Origin: a virus | Taxonomy: Duplodnaviria; Heunggongvirae; Uroviricota; Caudoviricetes | IMG/VR virus record: IMGVR_UViG_3300025858_000011 | Length of the DNA stretch: 55,356 nucleotides | Reading direction: 5' to 3' (one strand) | Part shown: in pieces, positions 45,446 through 54,465 of the stretch | Position numbering within the stretch: the first letter of the stretch is position 1 | How the letters are laid out: the number at the start of each line of letters is the position of its first letter | Program-made: the position numbers and the translations under genes | The notes under the pieces: model-generated | Databases searched by the model: none | Told to the model about the DNA's origin: nothing | What the model saw: only the letters and a program-made list of their open reading frames with translations

Positions 45446-46759
45446 TTACCTCTTTAAAAACTCAACTGCGTCAGTTCGGGTTTTTATTAGTCCTTCACAC
45501 TGCGCGTCAATTAGCGCAGTTTTAATTTCTTGAAGGTGTGGTCCTTGGCCTACTTTTAGAATTTCCATTATTTCATCTCCATTTAACAGACTTTTCGGAA
45601 CACGATTCGACCCGAACTCGGCCCGTATCCGCGTTACGTGGGAGGTAATATCCGCGATTGATCCGGATGGATTCCGAAGCGATGCTAATATATCTGCCTG
45701 TAACAGGTCTAATAGATTTGAAAACATTGGAGATTCCGCAAATGCCAGGACTTTGGCTTTCCGCATGTCAAATATTGCAAATACCGACATGTGTTTTCTA
45801 ACGAGGTACTCAACGTAATCGATGTCTTCATTAGAAAATTTTAGCCGTGTCATAATTTCTCGGGACATATCTGCCCCTACGTCATCATGACCAAAACAGC
45901 GATTATGCACGTCACGCGTACTTGGTTTACCGACGTCGTGTAGCAGTGCCGCCAATCGCTGAAGAGGGGAATTACTGACGTTTTTCACAGTCAGCATCGT
46001 ATGTACCCACACATCCCCCTCAGGATGATGTGCAGGATTTTGTGGACAGTTAATCATGTCCAAAAGTTCCGGAATAATGTACTTGAGCATTCCGGTGGAC
46101 CGCAGTCGTTCCATAAATCTCACTGGGTTTTCGGAGGCTAGGCCCTTCATGAACTCTGCCGTGATTCGCTCTATCGGTATTAATTCTAGGCGATCGGCAT
46201 ACCTAGTACAGGCCTCAAGAGAGGCGGGCTCTATTTCAAATCCTAGTACGGCCTCAAACCGTATTGCCCGCAGTATACGTATTGCATCCTCGCATATTCG
46301 AGCAACAGGGTCTCCGATAAACCGAATAATCTTTGCTGCAAGATCGGTCAATCCCCCAACGAAGTCCAATATCTTATCGGCTATAGGATCCCACATCAAG
46401 GCGTTCACTGTGAAATCTCGACGTTGCTGATCTTCTTGTGGTGAAGACACGAGGATAACTTCGTCTGGATGACGAGAATCTGAATATTTTCCGTCTGATC
46501 GAAAAGTCGCAACATGAATTGCAATTCCTTCCAAAACCACTAGACTTACTTTGCATTGCGACTGCCTCCCTACATCTGGACGTATGGCCTCCCCAAATAT
46601 TTCAGATACCTGAGTAGGGGTTGCCGAGGTAGAAATGTCATAATCGTGAGGAATGCGATCCAGATGTTTATCGCGTATAGCACCTCCTACGATGTATGCT
46701 AGATAACCAGCATCCTGCAGTCTTCTGCAGATTCTGATTGCAACCTCTAGTTCAGTCAT
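45446..46759 (-). CDS. cca: CCA-adding / poly(A) polymerase family nucleotidyltransferase with HD domain
   Basis: VGGAIRD, DYD, ATFR, RRDFTVNA, EDAIRILRAIRF, HPEGDVWVHT, LHDVGK. Confidence 0.9.
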   Translation of the reverse strand: MTELEVAIRICRRLQDAGYLAYIVGGAIRDKHLDRIPHDYDISTSATPTQVSEIFGEAIRPDVGRQSQCKVSLVVLEGIAIHVATFRSDGKYSDSRHPDEVILVSSPQEDQQRRDFTVNALMWDPIADKILDFVGGLTDLAAKIIRFIGDPVARICEDAIRILRAIRFEAVLGFEIEPASLEACTRYADRLELIPIERITAEFMKGLASENPVRFMERLRSTGMLKYIIPELLDMINCPQNPAHHPEGDVWVHTMLTVKNVSNSPLQRLAALLHDVGKPSTRDVHNRCFGHDDVGADMSREIMTRLKFSNEDIDYVEYLVRKHMSVFAIFDMRKAKVLAFAESPMFSNLLDLLQADILASLRNPSGSIADITSHVTRIRAEFGSNRVPKSLLNGDEIMEILKVGQGPHLQEIKTALIDAQCEGLIKTRTDAVEFLKR

Positions 46760-46779
46760 CTTAGCTCCTTAGTTAAATA

Positions 46780-46801
46780 AGTGGCGTCTTTCGACGCCAC
46801 T
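46780..46801 (-). terminator. GC-rich hairpin with GAAA loop (terminator or processing site)
   Basis: AGUGGCGUC-GAAA-GACGCCACU followed by UAUUU on the - strand. Confidence 0.55.
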
Positions 46802-46809
46802 ATTGTTGA

Positions 46810-46941
46810 TCACCCACGACCGCAGTCACTGCATTTTCCGCTTCCCGTATTCCATGCTCCACACCAGGAACACTTCCAGCCAAGTTGATCTCGGCCGATA
46901 ACACTGCGCCTCCCAGCCCGGAATTTCTTAAATTTGTTCAT
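46810..46941 (-). CDS. 43-aa Zn-ribbon peptide (not in the ORF track)
   Basis: MNKFKKFRAGRR...CSWC...CSDC, RBS ggagg. Confidence 0.65.
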   Translation of the reverse strand: MNKFKKFRAGRRSVIGRDQLGWKCSWCGAWNTGSGKCSDCGRG

Positions 46942-46965
46942 AAAACCTCCGTTGTTAGTTACTAT

Positions 46966-46975
46966 TCTTATACCA
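46966..46975 (-). promoter_or_regulatory. TGGTATAAGA promoter motif
   Basis: Third exact copy, 25 nt upstream of ATG 46941. Confidence 0.6.
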
Positions 46976-46977
46976 AT

Positions 46978-47361
46978 TTACCACTTAAATCCTAACCATT
47001 CATCTAATGATGGGCATCCTGTTGAAATATGAATAGTTTCATCTTTGTTGAAGTAGTATAAATCAGTATTTTTTGCTATTGACGCCCAAATTTTTTTAAG
47101 TTTAATAAAACTTAATGCCCAAATCAGGAATATAAATAACCAAAAATTAGAAAATATTATTGTAACTACAGACAATGCTCCAAGAACAAATAAACAGAAT
47201 CGTACTATTTGTTTTTGGAGATGCCAATAATCTTTTAAAGGATGTAAGCCTAAATGAATCCGATGAAAAGCTATATTATCCATTTTAGCATCGGCAAGCA
47301 TAAAGAAATAACTTACTACTTCAAAACAAATTAAAAATAAGATTGCGATAAGTATTTGCAT
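46978..47361 (-). CDS. Membrane protein
   Basis: Three hydrophobic segments. Confidence 0.55.
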   Translation of the reverse strand: MQILIAILFLICFEVVSYFFMLADAKMDNIAFHRIHLGLHPLKDYWHLQKQIVRFCLFVLGALSVVTIIFSNFWLFIFLIWALSFIKLKKIWASIAKNTDLYYFNKDETIHISTGCPSLDEWLGFKW

Positions 47362-47370
47362 GATATTTAT

Positions 47371-48543
47371 CTAATTATCATTCTTGTATTCCGGATTAAT
47401 TACCTTAAATGAAGCACGTTGCCGTACCGTAGGTAAATGATCAATGCTAGTTTCTATTGTAGATCTAACAACGATCCCTTCTGCTTTTTTCTTTGGATTT
47501 AAAACAGAGTTACGCACAGCATACTGTGTCCAATCATCAACCGTATCAAATTGGCAGTCCCCTTCGTAAATTACCGGAACCATTGGTAATTGAAGATCCT
47601 CACATAATTTTTTGAAGACCTCATAGTCTAGAAAAACATTGTTATCAAAATCCTGAACCTGGTAAAAGAAAACTTGTTTCTTTTCTAGCCCAAGGGGATT
47701 ATTTTGAATTCCTGGACCACATAGTTCTCCTTGAAGACCAAGGCTATTACCAAGAATCCTAAATTTATGTTCCAAATCTAATTCTTGTGCAATTCTCCAA
47801 AAATAATCTCCTGACTTATCCTGTCGGGAAATTTGACGGTTTCGAGAACACACCCCGAACTCCCCTTTATTAAAGAAAAACAAGGCGGATTGCCCGTCTA
47901 ATTTTTCAGTAACGTAAAGAGATGGAAATTGTTTAAAATACTCCAAGATTCGTGGGATACTACCCAAGCGAGTTTCATCTGACTTACTGGCGAAAGATGG
48001 CCAATGCTTTGGCAATCTTTTATTAAATGATTTAAACCCAAGTCGTACCATTAGCCCGATGAACCAATTCCATCTTGATTTCTTTCTGGGGGCGGGTTCT
48101 TCCTCAGGATCATACGCCCTAATTCCAAGTTGTTCAGACACGTCCGCTCCTTCCGATACACATGATGCCCCTAATATAGACGTTGGGAACACGATTCCCT
48201 GAGAATATACATTCCCAAGTTTCATCGGGCGAATTCTAAATCCACCAAATTTCTTGGAGTAACACCTGGCCCGTAGAAATTCAAATTCTTCCCGCTCTGG
48301 AAGAAGAGTATCAGGTTCTATGTAAACACACATATCGCCCGGCTGGAACTCTCCTTTTTCCGCCACCACTTTCCAACCTAATACCGAAAGGAGCTCGATG
48401 CGATCTTTACCTTCGATGGGCTGGACATCTAAAACCTTTTGTATACTAGCTAACTGTCGCATTCTTTTTTTCCTTTTCTTCTTTATGCGTAGGGCATAAT
48501 GTCCATATCCATCCGCCCTGTATTCGTTCTCCGCGATTTCCAC
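47371..48543 (-). CDS. RNA ligase, DRB0094/Rnl2-like with N-terminal OB-like module
   Basis: QPIEGKDRIE..GWKVV, TEKLDGQS, LQGELCGPGIQ, EGIV, SFKVIN. True start probably MRQLAS. Confidence 0.88.
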   Translation of the reverse strand: MEIAENEYRADGYGHYALRIKKKRKKRMRQLASIQKVLDVQPIEGKDRIELLSVLGWKVVAEKGEFQPGDMCVYIEPDTLLPEREEFEFLRARCYSKKFGGFRIRPMKLGNVYSQGIVFPTSILGASCVSEGADVSEQLGIRAYDPEEEPAPRKKSRWNWFIGLMVRLGFKSFNKRLPKHWPSFASKSDETRLGSIPRILEYFKQFPSLYVTEKLDGQSALFFFNKGEFGVCSRNRQISRQDKSGDYFWRIAQELDLEHKFRILGNSLGLQGELCGPGIQNNPLGLEKKQVFFYQVQDFDNNVFLDYEVFKKLCEDLQLPMVPVIYEGDCQFDTVDDWTQYAVRNSVLNPKKKAEGIVVRSTIETSIDHLPTVRQRASFKVINPEYKNDN

Positions 48544-48835
48544 AGATTTCGCAAAGCTTGTAGCTCATGTTCTCCGCAAACGAAATTAATGTATTAGCCG
48601 CGTCATTTGCATGATCCACATAGAACCGTAATCCACCAAATTTACTTTTAACTTGTGTCGCCTCTATCTCTGGACACACCTCCGTTAGTAAAAAACATAG
48701 GGTGTCCAGGAGGTCATACCATCCATCTTCAGTCTCGATGCCAAAGCAGATCGGCGACTGTAGCGGCGTTAGATCTTTTTGTTTGAAGATTGTAGGATAC
48801 TTTTCAAATAACTTTTGTTGTAATTCTCTATTCAT
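48446..48835 (-). CDS. Phage hypothetical protein with C-terminal Zn finger
   Basis: GWYDLL, QVKSKFGGLRFY, CEICG..TLC. Confidence 0.6.
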   Translation of the reverse strand: MNRELQQKLFEKYPTIFKQKDLTPLQSPICFGIETEDGWYDLLDTLCFLLTEVCPEIEATQVKSKFGGLRFYVDHANDAANTLISFAENMSYKLCEICGNRGERIQGGWIWTLCPTHKEEKEKKNATVS

Positions 48836-48844
48836 TTTATTATC

Positions 48845-49261
48845 CTAAAATGGTTTAAAATCCAATGACCTTAAATCATCAATATTTAAAGTTTTTAATT
48901 CGTCGATTAGTTGTAAGTCAGCGACGGCTCTCTCATAGTCGAGATATAGCTTTTCAATACCAAAGTCATCATTTCCCCAAAAACTGCTTTTTAGTAAAAG
49001 TTTGGCTGGGCTACAAAATCCGATGTGAAGACGGCAGTATAACTTGTCTTTATATTTAAAAGAACCACACCAATCATCATCTGTTTCATAAAAAGCGCTA
49101 ATACCATCATAATAATCATGAGGATTTTTTTCTAAGAATTTTTTGAGTTCTCTGGGGGACTTGTTTTTGTCACGCTTTTCTCTTTCTTGAGAAATCAGAA
49201 GAAATTTATCTACTTCATTTAGTCTCATTGATAAACCTTTAATATTAATCTGGTTCCACAT
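48845..49261 (-). CDS. Hypothetical protein
   Basis: 138 aa in a co-directional operon. Confidence 0.45.
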   Translation of the reverse strand: MWNQINIKGLSMRLNEVDKFLLISQEREKRDKNKSPRELKKFLEKNPHDYYDGISAFYETDDDWCGSFKYKDKLYCRLHIGFCSPAKLLLKSSFWGNDDFGIEKLYLDYERAVADLQLIDELKTLNIDDLRSLDFKPF

Positions 49262-49443
49262 TTACAATCTCTATAAATATGAAACTCGTCAATGTCGTCA
49301 TAATATCCCCACACTACAGTAGACATGTAGTTTGTTTTACTATCATACTGGCCGGCTCCGATACATAATTTATGAACTGCGCCGCAAGTGGGGCAGGTAA
49401 TTTCCATTGTGCCTGTAACAAAAGCCTCTTTAGCTCTTCCCAT
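49225..49443 (-). CDS. Zn-ribbon protein
   Basis: CPTC and CKC. Confidence 0.5.
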   Translation of the reverse strand: MGRAKEAFVTGTMEITCPTCGAVHKLCIGAGQYDSKTNYMSTVVWGYYDDIDEFHIYRDCKCGTRLILKVYQ

Positions 49444-49444
49444 A

Positions 49445-49801
49445 TTAAAATTCCTGATTACATTCTAAACAATCATATTTACCAGTATAACTATAAGTCA
49501 CTCGTTTTGATTTGCATGAAGGGCACATAATCTTACAATCTTTTAGTAATTTCTTAAAAAAAGACACGCGTTCGCGTTCGTGTTTTGCCCGAATGCTTGA
49601 AGTGCGTAATTTATTATATAAAATCATGTAGGGCACATTTCCACTTGGAATCTCATAGAGCTCTACTCCACGAAATTGTTCATTATCGTAGTGACGTTCC
49701 CGAATTTCCTGCTCCACAATCTTAATATCATCGTAGTCAAATTCTTCAAATTCCCAAGAATCAAAACCATGGGAATCAATAATTTTATACTTTACAAACA
49801 T
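49445..49801 (-). CDS. Protein with C-terminal Zn ribbon
   Basis: CPSC and CLEC. Confidence 0.5.
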   Translation of the reverse strand: MFVKYKIIDSHGFDSWEFEEFDYDDIKIVEQEIRERHYDNEQFRGVELYEIPSGNVPYMILYNKLRTSSIRAKHERERVSFFKKLLKDCKIMCPSCKSKRVTYSYTGKYDCLECNQEF

Positions 49802-49819
49802 ACTTTTTTCCTTTATTTG

Positions 49820-49892
49820 AGGGAAGGATGAGGGTCGAACTCATGCCTACACGAGCCACAGTCGTGCGCTCTAGCCACTGAGCTACCAACCC
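49820..49892 (-). tRNA. tRNA-His(GUG), atypical acceptor stem, no encoded CCA
   Basis: Anticodon arm CACGA-CU-GUG-GC-UCGUG, T arm AUGAG-UUCGACC-CUCAU. Confidence 0.8.
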
Positions 49893-49907
49893 TTTTTAAA
49901 TAAACTT

Positions 49908-50048
49908 TTAATACCGTAATATAACTACAGGTATTCCAATTATCACTTGTACCGCCAAAATAGCGCCATTTATAACTACTACGGCCCCTAAAATAACTCC
50001 AATTGGCATTAAAATATACATAAGCAAGAAATTTAATATTCCTAACAT
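49908..50048 (-). CDS. 46-aa hydrophobic membrane peptide
   Basis: MLGILNFLLMYILMPIGVILGAVVV..., RBS aagga. Confidence 0.45.
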   Translation of the reverse strand: MLGILNFLLMYILMPIGVILGAVVVINGAILAVQVIIGIPVVILRY

Positions 50049-50073
50049 TTATATTTTTTTTCCTTTAAAACAA

Positions 50074-50095
50074 GCCTCTGGCTGTTACCAGAGGC
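50074..50095 (-). terminator. Intrinsic terminator after the vWA gene
   Basis: gcctctgg/ccagaggc 8-bp stem, then UUGUUUU on the - strand. Confidence 0.6.
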
Positions 50096-50101
50096 CGTAA
50101 T

Positions 50102-50701
50102 TTATTTTTTTTCCAAATCTTTTAACATCGATGTATCAAATACTGCATTGGTAGCATATGCACAAACTGTTTGTGATATTGCATCATAACTTCTTTTGAT
50201 TCCTGCAGAATTTAGAGTATATGAAAAAGTTGTATCTGATGAAAGACCAAAGGACTTTGCATCTGCAATTGTGCTTAGATCTGATGCTAAGAATATAAAT
50301 TTCCATCCAAGTTTTTCTTTATCTTCAATTAATTTTTTGATAGTGTCTCTTTTATATTCTTTTGATGCGTTTTCTTGGCCATCAGTAATTATTACAACAA
50401 CTGCTTGATCATCAGATCCAGGAGTAAAATCTCCAATGCCCTTTCCTATTGCATCCAGGAGAGCAGTCATCCCTCTAGCCTTCCAAGTTTTTACAGTCAT
50501 GTCTTCAACATTCTGGCTGGGTGTATTTGTACAAATAGCCTCGTATTGATCATCAAATAAAACAAATGTCATTTCCGTAGGTGTATTTAAATTTTGTTGA
50601 TCATGCAAAAAATTGTTAAATCCACCTACAACCTCTGGTAATAAAGGTTCCATAGATCCAGATCTATCACCGATTACTAATATACATGTTTTTTTATCCA
50701 C
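50102..50701 (-). CDS. von Willebrand factor A domain protein
   Basis: MIDAS DRSGSM, T in MTALLDAIG, IITDGQEN. Confidence 0.88.
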   Translation of the reverse strand: MDKKTCILVIGDRSGSMEPLLPEVVGGFNNFLHDQQNLNTPTEMTFVLFDDQYEAICTNTPSQNVEDMTVKTWKARGMTALLDAIGKGIGDFTPGSDDQAVVVIITDGQENASKEYKRDTIKKLIEDKEKLGWKFIFLASDLSTIADAKSFGLSSDTTFSYTLNSAGIKRSYDAISQTVCAYATNAVFDTSMLKDLEKK

Positions 50702-51165
50702 TATTCAAACAACTCCGCTGTGTTTTTTAAAATTTTAGTTAATTGAGCATCAATATTAAATCTCTTAGAATTTATATCTATGCTTTTTAATAAGTTACCA
50801 TTATCATGTCTTAATGTTGCGGCTTTCCAATCACAAAACATCTCAACGATATCAACTAAAGTCATATCGTCGATTCCATTTAGGAAGTGTTGCGGATGAT
50901 GTTTATTATTTGCATAATGATGCTCTAATGCCACTTCCATCTCTTTAAGAAACCCAAGATATTCCGCAGAACCGTATGTACTTCCCGCTAATTTTGGGGT
51001 ATACTCTACAAAAATTGATAGTTCTGGTTCTGTTAACTTGGAAGCATCATGGGCCTCGGCTTTGGCAAGCAAAAGCTTGACTATGATATTTATAAAATGT
51101 GAAACAGTTTTTATATGTAATTCTGTCTCATAATTTGTAATTTTTTCTATTTCTGTCATTTTCAT
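50701..51165 (-). CDS. DUF5662-like HD-type protein
   Basis: HDASKL, HHYANNKHHPQHF, EMFCDW. Start moved to 51165 because the longer ORF overlaps tRNA-Gly. Confidence 0.75.
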   Translation of the reverse strand: MKMTEIEKITNYETELHIKTVSHFINIIVKLLLAKAEAHDASKLTEPELSIFVEYTPKLAGSTYGSAEYLGFLKEMEVALEHHYANNKHHPQHFLNGIDDMTLVDIVEMFCDWKAATLRHDNGNLLKSIDINSKRFNIDAQLTKILKNTAELFE

Positions 51166-51178
51166 CTTTCGGTTTTTG

Positions 51179-51251
51179 AGCAGGTGGTGGGATTCGAACC
51201 CACGGAAATCTGCTTGGAAGGCAGACACCTTAACCACTCGGTCACACCTGC
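51179..51251 (-). tRNA. tRNA-Gly(UCC), no encoded CCA
   Basis: Acceptor GCAGGUG/CACCUGC, anticodon arm UCUGC-CU-UCC-AA-GCAGA, T loop UUCGAAU, U73. Confidence 0.93.
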
Positions 51252-51498
51252 CTTTGTAATTTATTTAAATTTAGAAACTATTTTTTCAAAATAATAATAT
51301 ATAATTTCCAGTATATCTTCAAACGACGCAGCCACGAAAATCAACCATACTGCTAAAACTAAATTCCAGTCGATCATTGTTTATCCTTTATAAAAAATAA
51401 GGCCCATATCTACGTAGTAACATACTACAATGGGCCTTTGCGAAATGATAAAGTTCGCCTTATCCTGCTATATAATATACAAAGACTAGTTCTTAAAA

Positions 51499-51786
51499 TC
51501 AAGTCTTATTTGTTAAAATGAACTGTCTAAGCCGTAAATACTTCTCATAAACTTCAGGAATACAAATAATTACATAAGGATTAATTGTAAATTTTATAAT
51601 AAATTTAATAATTTCAAAAGGTAAAGTAATATTTTCTCTAGAAATTTTATTTAAAATTATCGTTGTACCAGTTTGTACTGCATTTTTTAAACAATCCTCA
51701 CATACTGGAAAAGCAGCATCAGCAGCTTCTTTGTCTAAAAACACTTCAGCTGGTTTATGACATAATACACAATTAGCAGTAATCAT
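51499..51786 (-). CDS. Zn-finger protein
   Basis: CVLC and CEDC. Confidence 0.5.
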   Translation of the reverse strand: MITANCVLCHKPAEVFLDKEAADAAFPVCEDCLKNAVQTGTTIILNKISRENITLPFEIIKFIIKFTINPYVIICIPEVYEKYLRLRQFILTNKT

Positions 51787-51888
51787 TCAGCACCAACTAA
51801 TTGTTCAAGAACGTCAATTGCTATATTAGGAAAACACATCGATACTACAATTAAAAAAAGAAGTAATAATATTAATACCCAGTTATTA

Positions 51889-53142
51889 TCATTCATCTAG
51901 TAAACACTCCTTTGCGGGCTTATCTGTTCGAAATCTTTGAATTACCGGGAATTCAAGCGCATGAGTTGTTTCAGATCTTTTACGATATGTAATCTCAGCT
52001 ATAAGATCCCCAGATAGAAGTGCTTTACCAAAGTCAGCTTCGAATCTTATTAGGTCCTCAGTAGAAACCTTTCCAGGACCAGCCCAACCGCATTCCACCA
52101 GATTTCCTTCTTCATCATATTGACCAAGTTTAAATCTTGCTGGTATTCCGATTAATCTTCCAGAATTTCCTTTTTGAGTTTCCATAATTACAAAGTCCGA
52201 TGTTTTTTCAAAAACATATTTCCATGCTCCTTTACGAGATGGTTTACCATTTAAAGTATACTCCACAGTACTTTCCGAACCTTCCAATTTTCTAAGAACT
52301 AGGCCTTCCCATTTTAACTGTTCTGCCGTTGCAATAATAGTGGGAGTTACTTCTTTAAAAAAAGTTGACTTGGTACACCAAAATTTTTCATTGGACCATA
52401 TTAAAGAATTTAAAAAACTACGACGTTCTTTATAGTTTAATATAGAAACATTCACCCCACCAAGAACAAGCACGTCAAAAATTTTTGTTGCAAATGTGCT
52501 ACCTTGTTCTTTTAAAAAAGTATACCGAGCAATAGACTTATCATTGGTTGTCCTTTCATTTACTATCCCCCGCAGATCCTTAGGAATTTCTTCTAGGTCT
52601 TTATTATAATGCACAAATTCATATAATATAATTGTTGATGCAGGAAGTGAAATTTCATTAATGAAATCTATGGGGGCAACGCCACGTGTAATTTCTGTTA
52701 TATCACGCATCCCCCGTGTAAATGTTTTACGTTCTCCAGTAGGGGTCACTACATGAATTAAACAAACACCATTATTTTTTCGTTCTGCACAATATAACGA
52801 CATATTGTCTTCAAAATTCCTTGGAGGATCAGTAATAGGCTTACTGGGGGCAAAACTTGACTGTAAATTATTAAAATCTAAAATAGTTACAGGGGTGTCA
52901 GTTCCTTCATAATGGTATCCCTCATGAATTTTGCGTGTAATAATTGCATTAGCTTCAATTTCAGCTTGCTGAGCTCCAGTAGTTTCATTTGCCTTACCGA
53001 TGTTTTTGCCTATACAAGCTGTTGTAGAAGTTTGCATTTTGCAGCCTTCAAGCCCCCATTCCCTATTAATTATATTATTCTCTGTCCAAATCTTTAATAT
53101 TTTGTTTTTTCCAGACTTTGCTTCTTGTATTAGTTTGACCAT
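51889..53142 (-). CDS. ATP-dependent DNA ligase with WGR-like N-terminal module
   Basis: N-terminal GKNIGKANET module, motif I variant ERKNNG, WEGLVLR, KGAWKY, C-terminal OB with LEFPVIQRFRTDK. Confidence 0.8.
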   Translation of the reverse strand: MVKLIQEAKSGKNKILKIWTENNIINREWGLEGCKMQTSTTACIGKNIGKANETTGAQQAEIEANAIITRKIHEGYHYEGTDTPVTILDFNNLQSSFAPSKPITDPPRNFEDNMSLYCAERKNNGVCLIHVVTPTGERKTFTRGMRDITEITRGVAPIDFINEISLPASTIILYEFVHYNKDLEEIPKDLRGIVNERTTNDKSIARYTFLKEQGSTFATKIFDVLVLGGVNVSILNYKERRSFLNSLIWSNEKFWCTKSTFFKEVTPTIIATAEQLKWEGLVLRKLEGSESTVEYTLNGKPSRKGAWKYVFEKTSDFVIMETQKGNSGRLIGIPARFKLGQYDEEGNLVECGWAGPGKVSTEDLIRFEADFGKALLSGDLIAEITYRKRSETTHALEFPVIQRFRTDKPAKECLLDE

Positions 53143-53186
53143 CTATATTCTCTATTTTTAATATAAAAAATCTTCCTTACGGAAGA

Positions 53187-53384
53187 TTAAAATGCCATCG
53201 CTGTACAGATTTTATCAAATGCATCATTACGTTCTTCATCCGTACTATAGCCATTTACTTCGGATCCATTTATTCGGAGGTAGTAAAAGTGATGGAGCGG
53301 ATCGTCAAATTTTTCCATAGTTACAACCAGACTAGCATTGACGACCAATTTCCCTTTACCATTTTCAAAAATAGTTATTACCAT
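53187..53384 (-). CDS. Small hypothetical protein
   Basis: 65 aa with RBS aaagg. Confidence 0.5.
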   Translation of the reverse strand: MVITIFENGKGKLVVNASLVVTMEKFDDPLHHFYYLRINGSEVNGYSTDEERNDAFDKICTAMAF

Positions 53385-53400
53385 ACCTTTTCCTTTCTAT

Positions 53401-53430
53401 AAAAAAGCCTTGTTGATTCAACAAGGCTTT
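53401..53430 (-). terminator. Intrinsic terminator directly after tmRNA
   Basis: Perfect 12-bp stem aaagccttgttg/caacaaggcttt plus U tract. Confidence 0.85.
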
Positions 53431-53431
53431 G

Positions 53432-53773
53432 TGGTGGAGACGGTGGGAGTCGAACCCACGTCCAATAACTCTGTTATTAAGCATGCTACATGTTTAGTTT
53501 GTATTTGTAATTTCCAAGCTAATTGCCTACAAACAGGTTTAACTTGGTAGACTTTTATAATTTAATAAATTTGCCAAAAGCCAATGCAAACCCACGATCT
53601 ATTTTTAACGGCATCTCATGCAAATAAATAGAAAAATCACATTTGATGCTAACAGGGATTAAGCTGCTAATGCGTAAGTAACGTTGTTGCTTACTTATTT
53701 TTGATGTTTTACGAGTCAGTCTCTCGACATGCCGCTTAATAATCAATAATCACTGTCGAAACCGGGCGTCCCC
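53432..53773 (-). ncRNA. ssrA: tmRNA (342 nt)
   Basis: 5' GGGGACG..GGUUUCGAC. 3' GGUUCGACUCCC..CGUCUCCACCA. G3.U70 pair. Tag frame ..SNNVTYALAA-stop. Confidence 0.95.
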
Positions 53774-54097
53774 CTTTTTAGATTTTATAAAAAAAACTCC
53801 AGTAGCAAGTTCTATTTCTGCTATGTGTCCCTTTTTAACCAATACCATTTTTGAATCAGGAGGATTCTGACTAAATATTCGCTTATAAGCACTATCGGAA
53901 ATTACCATTTTTGCTGGGAGGTCGATGTCACTAAAACCATGAGGTTCAACTAGCATCGTTTTATTTTTTAAAGAATTTTCTCTGCAATTTTTACATGGAT
54001 ATCCCCAAGATACAACAGGAAAGTCCTCCATACCTACGTATGGTTCTACCATACTTTGAAATTCATTGCATATAGGACAAACAAAAATTACTACCAT
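53750..54097 (-). CDS. Zn-binding hypothetical protein
   Basis: CPIC and CKNC. 3' end overlaps the first 24 nt of tmRNA. Confidence 0.5.
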   Translation of the reverse strand: MVVIFVCPICNEFQSMVEPYVGMEDFPVVSWGYPCKNCRENSLKNKTMLVEPHGFSDIDLPAKMVISDSAYKRIFSQNPPDSKMVLVKKGHIAEIELATGVFFIKSKKGDARFRQ

Positions 54098-54465
54098 TAA
54101 ACTCCTAATATTAATAAAACCTGTTTTTTCAAGTTCTTATAGTCTTTTTTATTAGACCTGATCCCATGCCTCAGGACCTCATCAACTTGTAGCGTACGCA
54201 TTTGGAATGTAGCTTCAGAAATGGTACCGTCTTTTCTCTTAACAAAATTTACAATCTCAACAACTACTCGCTGTGAGTTATCTGAGTAGGGATATAATAT
54301 TTTAGCCATTCTATTGCCAGGCATTTTCCAGTATTTGCCTTTTTCTTTAATTAAGCTGGCAAGAGCGGAAATATCTGGGCAATATTTTTGCTTAATTCTT
54401 TGGAATTCCGCCGATAAATCATTAACTATTACTATTTCCATTTGTTGCCTCCAGCATTCTGTCAA
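54097..54465 (-). CDS. Hypothetical protein
   Basis: 122 aa, TAATG coupling. Confidence 0.5.
   Translation of the reverse strand: MTECWRQQMEIVIVNDLSAEFQRIKQKYCPDISALASLIKEKGKYWKMPGNRMAKILYPYSDNSQRVVVEIVNFVKRKDGTISEATFQMRTLQVDEVLRHGIRSNKKDYKNLKKQVLLILGV

Noticed and set aside
50079-50088. 10-nt match (tggctgttac) to the retron a1/a2 arm
   Set aside because: A single 10-mer match is plausible by chance in 55 kb, and it lies in a terminator loop.
51166-51237. N-terminal extension of the 178-aa ORF
   Set aside because: Overlaps tRNA-Gly; the real start is 51165 or 51159.
53555-53746. 63-aa ORF as an independent gene
   Set aside because: Entirely inside tmRNA; considered only as an alternative tag frame.
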